Assembly: GCA_045546155.1 (NCBI GenBank) | Contig: JAZQCG010000007.1 | Location: forward strand, 21,749-85,748 | Length of the DNA stretch: 64,000 bases | Source of the DNA: Candidatus Enterousia sp. | GTDB lineage: Bacteria; Pseudomonadota; Alphaproteobacteria; Rs-D84 | Direction of reading: 5' to 3' | Shown: in pieces, positions 49,000 through 57,796 of the stretch | Layout: every line of letters starts with the position of its first letter | How positions within the stretch are numbered: position 1 is the first letter of the stretch | Program-made: the position numbers and the translations under genes | The notes under the pieces: generated by a model | Database searches by the model: none | Told to the model about the DNA's origin: nothing | Seen by the model: only the letters and a program-made list of their open reading frames with translations

Positions 49000-49086
49000 T
49001 TAAAGCGTTACGTATGATATATTGTCAGTGGAATAAATGCAAGTACTTTTTTTCAAAAAAATAAAAATCCCCAACCTGGGGATTGT

Positions 49087-49344
49087 TTATAGTTGATTTT
49101 GGTCATTGTTACATTGAATATCATTGTTTTTCTTAACAAAGATATTTTTTATCGCCGCAAAGAACTTTTTACGTCTTTCCGCACGCTTTACAGAATGCTC
49201 CCATGCCTTTTCCAGCATTTCATTTTCTTTTTCTTCGGCGCGACGCAGTTTTTCTTCGCCGTATTCTTTTAATTCGCGTTCCAGTCTTTCGTTTGCGGGT
49301 TCGCGATATGTTGAATCTGTGATTGTGATTTTATCTTCGTCCAT
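49087..49344 (-). CDS. hypothetical charged coiled-coil protein (85 aa)
   Basis: Lies downstream of the virB11-like gene and is followed by a terminator. Confidence 0.4.
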   Translation of the reverse strand: MDEDKITITDSTYREPANERLERELKEYGEEKLRRAEEKENEMLEKAWEHSVKRAERRKKFFAAIKNIFVKKNNDIQCNNDQNQL

Positions 49345-49365
49345 AATGATACTCCTTAATATTTA

Positions 49366-50325
49366 CTAAACTACTTCTGTTACGGCGCGCAACGCCCCGT
49401 CACGTGATAATTGAACAACACGGATTTTCTTTTTCATTTCCGTGATTAAATCTGTACGGTCATATGCCGGCTGGGTGTGCAGAATACGGTCTGCAAATGC
49501 AGCGTATGCGGCCTCGGCACTTTCTGCGTGAATTGTTGTATAGAAATGATCATGGCCCGTCCCCAGCATTTCCCACAGTACCGCTGCATTATCGGTTGAA
49601 ATTTCGCCACCGATAATAACGTCTGGGGTCATACGAACGACCAAGTCCAACAAGCGGGCATAGTTCATGTCGTTTGTCTGTTCGGTACGTGATAATACAA
49701 AATGAACGCGATTCGCCTGTGGGACGCGGATTTCACGTGCGTCTTCGACGGTAATAACGCGACTGTTGTTATCAATCAGGGTCAGCATATGGTTCAAAAA
49801 TGTTGTTTTCCCAGTTGCGGTTGCGCCACTGATTAAAATAGGGCTGCCATCATTGATTGCGGTCATTAATCTTTCGTATGGATCGTCTGGGCGAACGTTT
49901 TCGCGTGGTTTTACCTTTAGCAGTGGTCGTCCACGTTCCAAATGATAATTTTCAAAACTGGTTTCGTGCGCGCCGCCGCCACGAATATTCATCGCGACAC
50001 CGCCGGTCACGTCGCGTTCGTCATATTGGACGTTCGGGCCTGCGATTGCGGTAAAACGATGGTTGCCCGGCAATGTTGCGTACACAACAGGCATCCCGTG
50101 AACGGGGTCGAACGGGCGTTCGTAAATATTTGCAACCGTATGAATCAAGTCAACCAAATACTGCTTAGACAATACTTCGGCCTGGTACGATACCCATGGC
50201 ACACGTGCCCCGTGCAGGCGCATCCATACCTCGCCAGCGTGATTGATTGCAATTTCTTCTACAAACGATGGTTTGTAGAATTCTTCCAATGGTTTTAATA
50301 AAGATTCCAGTACGACATTTGACAT
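49366..50325 (-). CDS. virB11: VirB11/TrbB-type type IV secretion ATPase
   Basis: Walker A GATATGKTTFLN, Asp box VEDAREI, Walker B PDVIIGGEI, His box GHDHFYTTIHAES. The start is uncertain (ATG 50325 or TTG 50364). Confidence 0.8.
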   Translation of the reverse strand: MSNVVLESLLKPLEEFYKPSFVEEIAINHAGEVWMRLHGARVPWVSYQAEVLSKQYLVDLIHTVANIYERPFDPVHGMPVVYATLPGNHRFTAIAGPNVQYDERDVTGGVAMNIRGGGAHETSFENYHLERGRPLLKVKPRENVRPDDPYERLMTAINDGSPILISGATATGKTTFLNHMLTLIDNNSRVITVEDAREIRVPQANRVHFVLSRTEQTNDMNYARLLDLVVRMTPDVIIGGEISTDNAAVLWEMLGTGHDHFYTTIHAESAEAAYAAFADRILHTQPAYDRTDLITEMKKKIRVVQLSRDGALRAVTEVV

Positions 50326-50407
50326 GTTTAAGTATATTTTATCATAAATCGTGACTTGAATCAAAAAGGTTTATTTGTTAAAATTAAAAAAAAGAGAGAA
50401 AAAGACC

Positions 50408-50968
50408 ATGAAAAAAACAATTCTTTTTGCACTGTGTTCTGCGTTGGCGCTGTCTGCGTGTACAACGGGCGATACACCGTATAACGTTGATGATTTTGCA
50501 ACCGGTGGTGCAGATGCCCCATTATACAACGAACGAACCAGTACTTTTATGCAGGCGGATAACCAGTTCGCAAACATTGATTCGTATAAACCTAAAACAG
50601 CCGGTGAAAAAGAACAGACTGCAAATCGCTGGAACACGTCACGCATGGAAACCAGATGGCAAGAATATCGTGGCACAATGGTTCGGGTTCAGATTTTATT
50701 GGGTAATTCAGACCTGCGTGAAATGCGTCTGCGCCTGATGCAAAATGCGGACGGTATGGATATAAATGGTGATACACGTACGGTATTGGCGGCGGTCGCA
50801 GATTATGAAATGAAACGCGTTTGTGGTCGCAATGCATCCAGTATTGTAATGGTATATGACAAGCCATCTTTTGATGTAATGCGTCCAACACCTTATTTTG
50901 ATTACCGGATTGAGGCCGAAGGATCTACTATGCGTGAATATGGGTTCCGTTGCGTCTATAACAATTAA
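50408..50968 (+). CDS. hypothetical lipoprotein
   Basis: Starts MKKTILFALCSALALSACTTG, with a lipobox. Confidence 0.55.
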   Translation: MKKTILFALCSALALSACTTGDTPYNVDDFATGGADAPLYNERTSTFMQADNQFANIDSYKPKTAGEKEQTANRWNTSRMETRWQEYRGTMVRVQILLGNSDLREMRLRLMQNADGMDINGDTRTVLAAVADYEMKRVCGRNASSIVMVYDKPSFDVMRPTPYFDYRIEAEGSTMREYGFRCVYNN

Positions 50969-51004
50969 ACAAAATAACTAACAAAAAAACAAAAAGGAAA
51001 GCAA

Positions 51005-51331
51005 ATGAAAAAATTAATGATTGCATTGGGTTTGTGTGGTGTGTTGGGTGCGTGTGACAGTAATGCTGGCGCACAAAAAGGCGACACCGTTGTTATTAAT
51101 TTTGCTGGTTACCTGGACGGGGTTCAGTTCCCAGGTGGCACAGCCGAAGGCTTTCCGTTAAAATTAGGCAGCGGTCAATTTGTTCCAGGTTTCGAAGATC
51201 AGCTGATTGGCGCGGTTAAGGGCGAAGAACGCGATGTTAACATCACTTTCCCAACAGAATATGTCCCAGAATTGGCGGGCAAAGACGTTGTGTTCAAAGT
51301 AACTGTTGTTGATATTGTAGAAGCAGAATAA
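51005..51331 (+). CDS. FKBP-type peptidyl-prolyl isomerase domain lipoprotein
   Basis: Lipobox VLGACD. GDTVVINFAGYLDGVQFPGG...GSGQFVPGFEDQLIG...FPTEY resembles the trigger-factor PPIase domain. Confidence 0.75.
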   Translation: MKKLMIALGLCGVLGACDSNAGAQKGDTVVINFAGYLDGVQFPGGTAEGFPLKLGSGQFVPGFEDQLIGAVKGEERDVNITFPTEYVPELAGKDVVFKVTVVDIVEAE

Positions 51332-51371
51332 TCTGGTTCGTTAAAAAAATCCCCCATTTGGGGGATTTTTT

Positions 51372-52196
51372 TTATTCGTCCAGCGCGACAATAAATATTC
51401 CGCGTTTGTCGGCTTGTTTTATGACAGATGGTTTATTTACAACAAAGCATGTTTTTGTATTTACCACAATCCCGCGCAGGTTTGCATCTGCAACTGCGTT
51501 TACTGTATCAACCCCGATTGCAGGTATATCAATGCGTAAATCTTGACCAGGTTTGGTCATTTTTGCAAATACGCCGCTTTTTCGTTTGTGATTTTTGCGC
51601 ATTTCAACAACACGGTTCAGCATGCGTGCTGTGCCTTCGGCGGCCTCAACCGCGATAACTTGTTTGTCGACAACCACAGATGCACCAATGTCGGCTGCGC
51701 CGATGGTGTGTGATACCTCAATCGCGCGTTCAATATTTTTTTTGTCTGCTGCGGTTGGTTTGGCGCGTGTCTGAACACCTGCGACTTCAAAGGTCAGCTC
51801 TGGGGCTAAATCCTGGGCTGCGACAATTTCAAAGCCCTGTTTTTCTAAAACTTTATTTAATGCAACCGCCATAGAATCATACCCCCGTTGATTTTTTAAT
51901 ATTTTTAACAATGTCCAGAAAGACCACCAATCTGGTCGAATATCAGACAAATTTGGATGTCCCAATGCCCCGACAAATGTAATTTTTTTAATTCCCCGAC
52001 GTCTGGCTTCGCGTACGGCACGTCCTGCGCCCCCCAATCGAATTACAATGTCTGGATTTAAATCTGGGTTTACAAAGTTTTTAAGGCCAACGATAAATAC
52101 GTCCCATCCTGCGCGCTTTAACGCATCCCTTGTAAAAAACGGCAGGTCCAATGCCCCCGCAACCAAAGCAATTTTTTTGTCTGTGTTTTTCTTCAT
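51372..52196 (-). CDS. lpxI: UDP-2,3-diacylglucosamine diphosphatase LpxI (DUF1009)
   Basis: KIALVAGALDLP, DIGASVVVDKQVIAVEAAEGTARML and GVFAKMTKPGQDLRIDIPAIG. Confidence 0.8.
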   Translation of the reverse strand: MKKNTDKKIALVAGALDLPFFTRDALKRAGWDVFIVGLKNFVNPDLNPDIVIRLGGAGRAVREARRRGIKKITFVGALGHPNLSDIRPDWWSFWTLLKILKNQRGYDSMAVALNKVLEKQGFEIVAAQDLAPELTFEVAGVQTRAKPTAADKKNIERAIEVSHTIGAADIGASVVVDKQVIAVEAAEGTARMLNRVVEMRKNHKRKSGVFAKMTKPGQDLRIDIPAIGVDTVNAVADANLRGIVVNTKTCFVVNKPSVIKQADKRGIFIVALDE

Positions 52197-52280
52197 AGCT
52201 ATAATGGTACGCATAAAAGGCACTGGAATCAAGTTTCAATTTATGTTAAAATTCCATATAAATAAAACCGGGTTTGTATT

Positions 52281-53048
52281 ATGAATAAAAAAATATCTTA
52301 TGTTTTGTTGGCGGCAATGGCGACTTCGCCGGCATATGCCAAAATTGATGCATCCGTATTTGTGCGTGAGGTTACACGTGGTGTTGACGTTGTCGCCGCC
52401 CCGCGCGTTGCGCCAGATGTGATTGATGATGCGCCGGGCGCTCTTGGGGCCGAGGTTTATGAAACCGTTGATGCGGTTGAAAATATTGATACGCGTATGT
52501 TTATCCCAACGTCAATGTATATGCGTATGGGTGGTGGTCTGAACCTGGGGTTTGCTTCGTCATGTGCAACTTATCTGGGCGATGAATATGAATCATCGGG
52601 TTCTTATACTGCTCAAATTGGTCTGGGGTGGAATTTGTCGTCTTATGTCCGCACAGAACTGGATTTCCAAACAACGACGCTGAAATTTTCAGATATTGAA
52701 AATCTGGATGCGAATTACCAGACACTTGGTGGCATGCTTTATTTTGACCTGGCGCGTCGCTATGTGCAATTGGGGGACATAACCCATCGTCGTACATTCG
52801 TGCCATTTATGGGGGTTGGTGCGGCATTTGGCGCGTATCGTTTTAATGGCACAAACGGCGCAGACGGTGCAATTTTAGCTGTGCCCCGCGCGGTATTGGG
52901 CTTTAATGTAATGTTTAACGATTTGATTGGTCTGGATGTTTATTACCAGTACCAGATGATGATTGGCAACGGTTTTGGATGGGATGCGCCACGTGGTGGC
53001 ATAGATAATATCAGCAATATCATGGCATCGTTCCGGATGAATTTCTAA
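52281..53048 (+). CDS. outer-membrane beta-barrel protein
   Basis: Signal peptide ending AYA, alternating-hydrophobic strands, C-terminal FRMNF. Confidence 0.65.
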   Translation: MNKKISYVLLAAMATSPAYAKIDASVFVREVTRGVDVVAAPRVAPDVIDDAPGALGAEVYETVDAVENIDTRMFIPTSMYMRMGGGLNLGFASSCATYLGDEYESSGSYTAQIGLGWNLSSYVRTELDFQTTTLKFSDIENLDANYQTLGGMLYFDLARRYVQLGDITHRRTFVPFMGVGAAFGAYRFNGTNGADGAILAVPRAVLGFNVMFNDLIGLDVYYQYQMMIGNGFGWDAPRGGIDNISNIMASFRMNF

Positions 53049-53063
53049 ATGGGGGTATGGATT

Positions 53064-53711
53064 ATGAATAAAAAGATTTTGTTTTCAGTTTTTGCATTAA
53101 CACCAATGGTGGCAAATGCAGCAATTCCATATCGTGTAGAAATGGTTCAAATGCCGGTTTTGGTCTCGGAATCTGGTAATGATTCTGAATCTTTTGCGCG
53201 CGAACATCGTTTTTATATCGGTGCGTCCTATAATTTTTCAATGTGGTCTGATGATAATGACGGTCAAATTGCGATAAATGGCAAAAATACTTCGTCATTT
53301 GATATTAGTGCCGGTGTTCGTATCTATGATACATTTCGCCTTGAAGCCAACTATGTCCGCGCAAATGCAGAATGGGATGCGTTTAAATTGACGGGCGATA
53401 TGGCATTTATTAACGCGATATTTGATGCCAGAATTGATAGTATGTACCGTCTTTTCCGATCCCAGATGATTGTGCCATACGTTGGATTTGGCGCTGGCCT
53501 GTCGTGGAACAGTGCAGATGATGCAACATTGGATAAAAAAATAAGTCCTGCGGCGGCGGCTTTGGCGGGGATTGCGGTCGAATTTGGCGAACATTTCACA
53601 CTGGATTTTGGTTACCGCTATATGTACGTATTTGAACCTGGTCTGGATATTGTCAAAGATTTCAGTCCTATTGCCCACCAATTTCGTGCGGGTGTGCGTG
53701 TAAATTTCTAA
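53064..53711 (+). CDS. outer-membrane beta-barrel protein (paralog-like)
   Basis: Signal peptide ending ANA, C-terminal VRVNF. Tandem with the previous OMP. Confidence 0.65.
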   Translation: MNKKILFSVFALTPMVANAAIPYRVEMVQMPVLVSESGNDSESFAREHRFYIGASYNFSMWSDDNDGQIAINGKNTSSFDISAGVRIYDTFRLEANYVRANAEWDAFKLTGDMAFINAIFDARIDSMYRLFRSQMIVPYVGFGAGLSWNSADDATLDKKISPAAAALAGIAVEFGEHFTLDFGYRYMYVFEPGLDIVKDFSPIAHQFRAGVRVNF

Positions 53712-53720
53712 AAAATCGCA

Positions 53721-54644
53721 ATGAAGACGTGCCCATTTTTTAATCGGTGTGGTGGCTGCAAATTTGATTTTGCATCCCCAGATTATCGTGAAAATAAAGC
53801 GGCGACATTGCCGAAATTGCCGATGACGGATGCGCCGGTGTGGGTTGATGCGGGTCTGCGCCGTCGTGGTGACTTTTGCTTTGCCCCAGGAATTTTTGGC
53901 CTGTTCGAAGGTGGCACAAAAAATATTATCCCCATAACAAATTGTCCGAATATGACCCCTGAAATTAATGCTATTTTACCGGCATTGGCGGCGCTGCCGT
54001 GGGTCGGGTCTGGGGCATGCCTGGTAACAATGTGTGATAATGGATTGGATGTAAATATAACCGCGTCTGTTCCGTATGTTAGTCCTGAATTTCGTCGCGC
54101 GGTGGAAAAATTACCAGTTTTACGTGTGACCTGGAACGATAAAATTATTTTTGAAAAATCTAAACCTATAATAAGTTTTGGCGATAAAACCGTCGAATAT
54201 CCGTCGGGTGCGTTTTTACAGCCAACTATTCATGGTGCGGATACACTGCGTGCGATGGTTGTGCGTGCGGCGCACGGTGTCGCGCGGGTGGCGGATTTAT
54301 TTTGCGGACTGGGGAATTTTACATTTGCCCTGAATGCGGACGGTTTTGATGTGGTTGGTACGGGTGCAAAACGTGACTTGTTCAAGAAACCGTTAACAGT
54401 CGCCATGCTGAACACGTATGATTGTGTTGTGATGGACCCGCCACGTGCTGGCGCCGATGCCCAGTGTCGTGAACTGGTAAAAAGTAATGTCCGTCGCGTG
54501 ATTTACGTGTCTTGCAATCCGCAAACGTTTCGTCGTGATATGGCAACATTAACACGTGGTGGATATAAAATTAGCCAATTAATCCCGGTTGACCAATTCG
54601 TCGGCAGTACCCATTGGGAAATCTTTTCTGTATTTGAAAAATAG
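53721..54644 (+). CDS. class I SAM-dependent RNA (uracil-5) methyltransferase, TrmA/RlmD family without TRAM domain
   Basis: N-terminal Cys cluster CPFFNRCGGCKF, SAM motif DLFCGLGNF, DPPRAG, and the catalytic YVSCNP. Confidence 0.75.
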   Translation: MKTCPFFNRCGGCKFDFASPDYRENKAATLPKLPMTDAPVWVDAGLRRRGDFCFAPGIFGLFEGGTKNIIPITNCPNMTPEINAILPALAALPWVGSGACLVTMCDNGLDVNITASVPYVSPEFRRAVEKLPVLRVTWNDKIIFEKSKPIISFGDKTVEYPSGAFLQPTIHGADTLRAMVVRAAHGVARVADLFCGLGNFTFALNADGFDVVGTGAKRDLFKKPLTVAMLNTYDCVVMDPPRAGADAQCRELVKSNVRRVIYVSCNPQTFRRDMATLTRGGYKISQLIPVDQFVGSTHWEIFSVFEK

Positions 54645-54784
54645 CCTTGCCTAAAATAGCGCAAAGCATTATAATGCATGGCATAGAGACAAAAAACATA
54701 TGCCGAATCCAAAGGGACGTTTTTTCTCGGCATAGATTTACAATTAAGAATCCCTGATTTCTGCATGTTTTATCCCCCGTTTTT

Positions 54785-55756
54785 GTGCCGAATCTAAACG
54801 TCGGTTTGTTTGCGGCCATTGTGGTGGGGGCATTGGGATGTGCATCATCAAATGTTTTTGCGGCTGCATTTGTCAGTGGTACTGGCTGGGCACGTCCGTG
54901 TCTACAAACGGGATATGATTCTGAATTGGGGGGAAAGTGTACAACCTGGTGTCAGCAGAGCTATGGGACAACATACGCGGGGTCGGCCATGTCTGTGGGT
55001 TCTTGCGCATCAGTAGGACTAACCAATACCAGCTTTAAGATGTGTTGTATGAATCGTGCGGCCCAGGATATTATAAGTAATTGCAAGTGTGCAGATCCGA
55101 ACCAATTGACGGTTAAAGATAGAACATCAAATGATACAGGCAATAATAAAGCATACACAATAGAATATAGTAATTCTGAAAATCCTGATCTAGAGGTTGC
55201 AACCCTCACATGTCATAATGTTTACTGTTTTTGTGACAGGGAATATTATGGCGAACGCAAAAAAATTGGCCAGACTGCATCCGGTGATTGTAAAAAATGC
55301 CCATGTGAACCAGATACGTATAGTACCTCTAATGGTTCACAATTATGCGGTTGGACAACAAATAATTTTATAAACCTTTTTGAGGATGCAAACGCCCCCA
55401 GCACTACATTGGCTTCATGCAAATTGGGACCCGTAAGTAGCGGTTCGCCTATTGCGTATCGAACATACGATGATTTAAAAGGAATGTTCACAATGGATAC
55501 TTATTGCCCGCATTCAGGTGTTGGACTTTGTGATAATGTTTCATATAAATGCAGTAGCTCTACAACAACCCAATACACCCTTGGTACACCATCTGATACT
55601 GTTGGGGCTGGTTGTTGGTGTCATGCGAATAATAAATATGTATTTATCGGCACGATGGGTATGTCGCAGGGGTGTGCCGCAGGATGTCCAACTTCGTGTA
55701 ATAATGTCGTCAGCTCGAATCAGACGGTGCGTACACTTCTGGGGTGCGATGGATAA
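54785..55756 (+). CDS. secreted Cys-rich protein (about 30 Cys)
   Basis: GTG start, signal peptide ending FAAA. Contains CKKCPCEPDTYSTSNGSQLC, reminiscent of GCC2/GCC3-type eukaryotic Cys-rich repeats. Confidence 0.55.
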   Translation: MPNLNVGLFAAIVVGALGCASSNVFAAAFVSGTGWARPCLQTGYDSELGGKCTTWCQQSYGTTYAGSAMSVGSCASVGLTNTSFKMCCMNRAAQDIISNCKCADPNQLTVKDRTSNDTGNNKAYTIEYSNSENPDLEVATLTCHNVYCFCDREYYGERKKIGQTASGDCKKCPCEPDTYSTSNGSQLCGWTTNNFINLFEDANAPSTTLASCKLGPVSSGSPIAYRTYDDLKGMFTMDTYCPHSGVGLCDNVSYKCSSSTTTQYTLGTPSDTVGAGCWCHANNKYVFIGTMGMSQGCAAGCPTSCNNVVSSNQTVRTLLGCDG

Positions 55757-55770
55757 AAATCAGTAATCTA

Positions 55771-55965
55771 CAAAAAAATACCGCCGTTTCCGGCGGTATT
55801 TCCGAATGCCCCGAAAGGAAGGAAAGGAGAAAAAGAAATTGGGCATTCTAAAAAAGTGTTCTGGGGTCCACGGTCCAGAGGAGAGAGAATGTAGGAGGGA
55901 GTCTGAATCCCTGGACCCCACAGATGCTTTCGCACCTGGTCATCGGCTTTGCTTCCTTTGACGAA
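55771..55965 (-). ncRNA. candidate about 190-nt sRNA with two CU-rich (anti-Shine-Dalgarno-like) loops
   Basis: Minus strand: TTGACA (55993-55998), 17 nt, TATATT (55970-55975). Then a GNRA hairpin CAGGTGC-GAAA-GCATCTG, a 9-bp stem enclosing CUCCCUCCUACAUUCUCUCUCCUC, an 8-bp stem with loop ..CUCCUUUCCUUCCUUUC.., and a terminator plus U7. Confidence 0.55.
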
Positions 55966-56183
55966 TCGAAATATAATACAGATAATTAGATTTGTCAAGT
56001 GTTTTGTCAAAAAAATTTTTTGTGTTGTTAATTTTTTCTAAAAAATCCTAAAAAAAGCCCAGAATATTCATAAAAACCTAGGAAATGGTACTTGTTGTAT
56101 GAATTGCTGCCACGGCATAAAATCAATGGTGTGCTGGAACGTTCTGATGGCTTCTGGCGAAATTCGAAGAAGGAGAGAGAAAA

Positions 56184-56432
56184 ATGACCCACGAAGATGT
56201 ATGGCGGGCAATAGAACGCTTTGCAACCGAACATGGTATGTCTTGTTCTGGTTTGGCAAAGTGCAGTGGTCTGGACCCAACGACTTTTAATAAAAGCAAG
56301 CGTTGGTCCAAAGAAGGACAGCCCAGATGGCCGTCGACAAACAGTATTTCCAAGATTTTGTCGTCGACCGGGGCGCGAATCCAAGACTTTACTAAGTACA
56401 TTGATTCGCCCCAAGATACTGGACGCGACTAA
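56184..56432 (+). CDS. XRE/Cro-CI-type helix-turn-helix regulator (82 aa)
   Basis: AAGGAGAG RBS. MSCSGLAKCSGLDPTTFNKSKRWSKEGQPRWPSTNSISKIL resembles the N-domains of alphaproteobacterial phage-repressor-like proteins. Confidence 0.65.
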   Translation: MTHEDVWRAIERFATEHGMSCSGLAKCSGLDPTTFNKSKRWSKEGQPRWPSTNSISKILSSTGARIQDFTKYIDSPQDTGRD

Positions 56433-56531
56433 GCACATTTTTTATGCACGGTTTCGACACCCCAAAAACCATACGATTTGTCGTGTGGTTTTTTATTGGA
56501 CAATCCACAATGTTTTAGGTATTCTGGACGT

Positions 56532-56951
56532 ATGTTATCGGGAATTCGTATTTTCTCATCCGATCCAATTTGGCGGCATGTTTTAAGTGAATTAAATGCC
56601 ACCGTGCTGGACGCGCCAACGGTAACAGATTCTGATTTTGCAGATTTGGATATTACTGGGCCAATCCATCCAATGGAATTAAAGGCACGAATATTGTCTG
56701 CAACCGATAATTCCCGTATATTAAACCAGATTTTTAGCGCGCCAACATCATTGCCATATATCCAGGGAAAATTAGTAATAGCGCTTTATAAAAGCGGTGG
56801 CATGTCCGCAGCCGATTTGAAGCACGCACTGGGCTATGCCGCAGATACATCGACACACGCGGTTGATACCGCGATTTATCAGCTGCGTCGTAAATTTGGT
56901 CGTGATTTTATAACAATTAATAATGGGGTGTATAAGCTTGGCCGGATATAA
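56532..56951 (+). CDS. small OmpR/PhoB-type winged-helix DNA-binding protein without an obvious receiver domain
   Basis: C-terminus LVIALYKSGGMSAADLKHALGY...THAVDTAIYQLRRKFGRDFITINNGVYKLG matches the Trans_reg_C pattern. Confidence 0.55.
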   Translation: MLSGIRIFSSDPIWRHVLSELNATVLDAPTVTDSDFADLDITGPIHPMELKARILSATDNSRILNQIFSAPTSLPYIQGKLVIALYKSGGMSAADLKHALGYAADTSTHAVDTAIYQLRRKFGRDFITINNGVYKLGRI

Positions 56952-57609
56952 GGTATTTTCTTTTGATAAAATCCCCAGTACCCAGGATACAGCACATGAA
57001 TTAATTGCCACGGGCCAGGGGGCAAATCGTACGGCGGTTGTCGCATTGGCGCAAAGTGCCGGTCGTGGCCGCCATCGCCGTAAATGGGTGTCGCATCATG
57101 GCAATTTGTATGCCAGCTTTATCTATGACTGTGATGTGCGTGATGGGCGTTTGGCGTATTCAGTTGCGGTTGCGGTTGCTGAAACATTGATTGCATATGG
57201 AATTAAACCAACGATAAAATGGCCAAATGATATATTGGTTGATGGTAAAAAAGTCTGTGGAATATTGATTGAATATTCTGGACCGTATGTGATTGTGGGG
57301 ATTGGCATTAATGTTCAAACAAATCCGACGGTGCGCGAATATAAAACGACCAAGTTGGATAATTACGTATCTGGATTATCATCAAATGAATTGCTGGGGA
57401 ATTTAATGCGAAATCTGGATAAATGGCGTCGTGCGGATTTCTCGGTTGTTCGTGCGCGCTGGATGCAGTTGGTTGAACATTTAAACAAAGATGTTTTATA
57501 CCACGGCGCACCCGCTGAATTGGTTGGTATAAATGAAAATGGTGCGCTGGTTTTACGACGTGATACGCGATATTTGTTGGTGTTTGGCGATGAAATAACC
57601 ATGTTGTAA
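56923..57609 (+). CDS. birA: biotin-[acetyl-CoA-carboxylase] ligase (class I, no HTH)
   Basis: QSAGRGRHRRKWVSHHGNLYAS (GRGRxGRxW motif), KWPNDILVDGKKVCGILIE and VGIGINV. Confidence 0.85.
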   Translation: MGCISLAGYKVFSFDKIPSTQDTAHELIATGQGANRTAVVALAQSAGRGRHRRKWVSHHGNLYASFIYDCDVRDGRLAYSVAVAVAETLIAYGIKPTIKWPNDILVDGKKVCGILIEYSGPYVIVGIGINVQTNPTVREYKTTKLDNYVSGLSSNELLGNLMRNLDKWRRADFSVVRARWMQLVEHLNKDVLYHGAPAELVGINENGALVLRRDTRYLLVFGDEITML

Positions 57610-57642
57610 ATGGCGGATTTCTGCGGGTTTGAAAATATGTGC

Positions 57643-57761
57643 TTGACTTTTAATTAAAAATGTGATATACTTTACCACATCAAAGGCAGATATTTTATCC
57701 ACAACATTTGTTGGGGATTTTTTTTGTCTAAATTTTACCGCACATTTTTGTGCGGTTTTTT
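57643..57761 (+). promoter_or_regulatory. late-promoter-like element: near-consensus promoter followed by two tandem intrinsic terminators
   Basis: TTGACT (57643-48), 17 nt, TGA-TATACT (57666-71). Then ATCCACAAC-ATTT-GTTGGGGAT plus T8 (57697-57725) and ACCGCACA-TTTT-TGTGCGGT plus T6 (57737-57761), then the RBS of the hydrolase gene. Confidence 0.65.
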
Positions 57762-57796
57762 ATTTATCAAAAATCAAAGCGGGGGGATTTTTAGAA

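Noticed and set aside
55768-56438. Minus-strand ORFs of 70-136 aa between the Cys-rich gene and the HTH gene
   Set aside because: They have no RBS and odd composition. They overlap either the sRNA candidate or the well-supported plus-strand HTH gene.
56532-57609. Possible frameshifted class II BirA (upstream winged-helix ORF overlapping birA by 29 nt in another frame)
   Set aside because: The upstream winged helix matches the OmpR/PhoB Trans_reg_C pattern (THAVDTAIYQLRRKFG...GVYKLG) rather than the BirA N-terminal repressor domain. It also carries an extra about 80-aa N-terminus. The two are more simply read as separate genes with a class I BirA.
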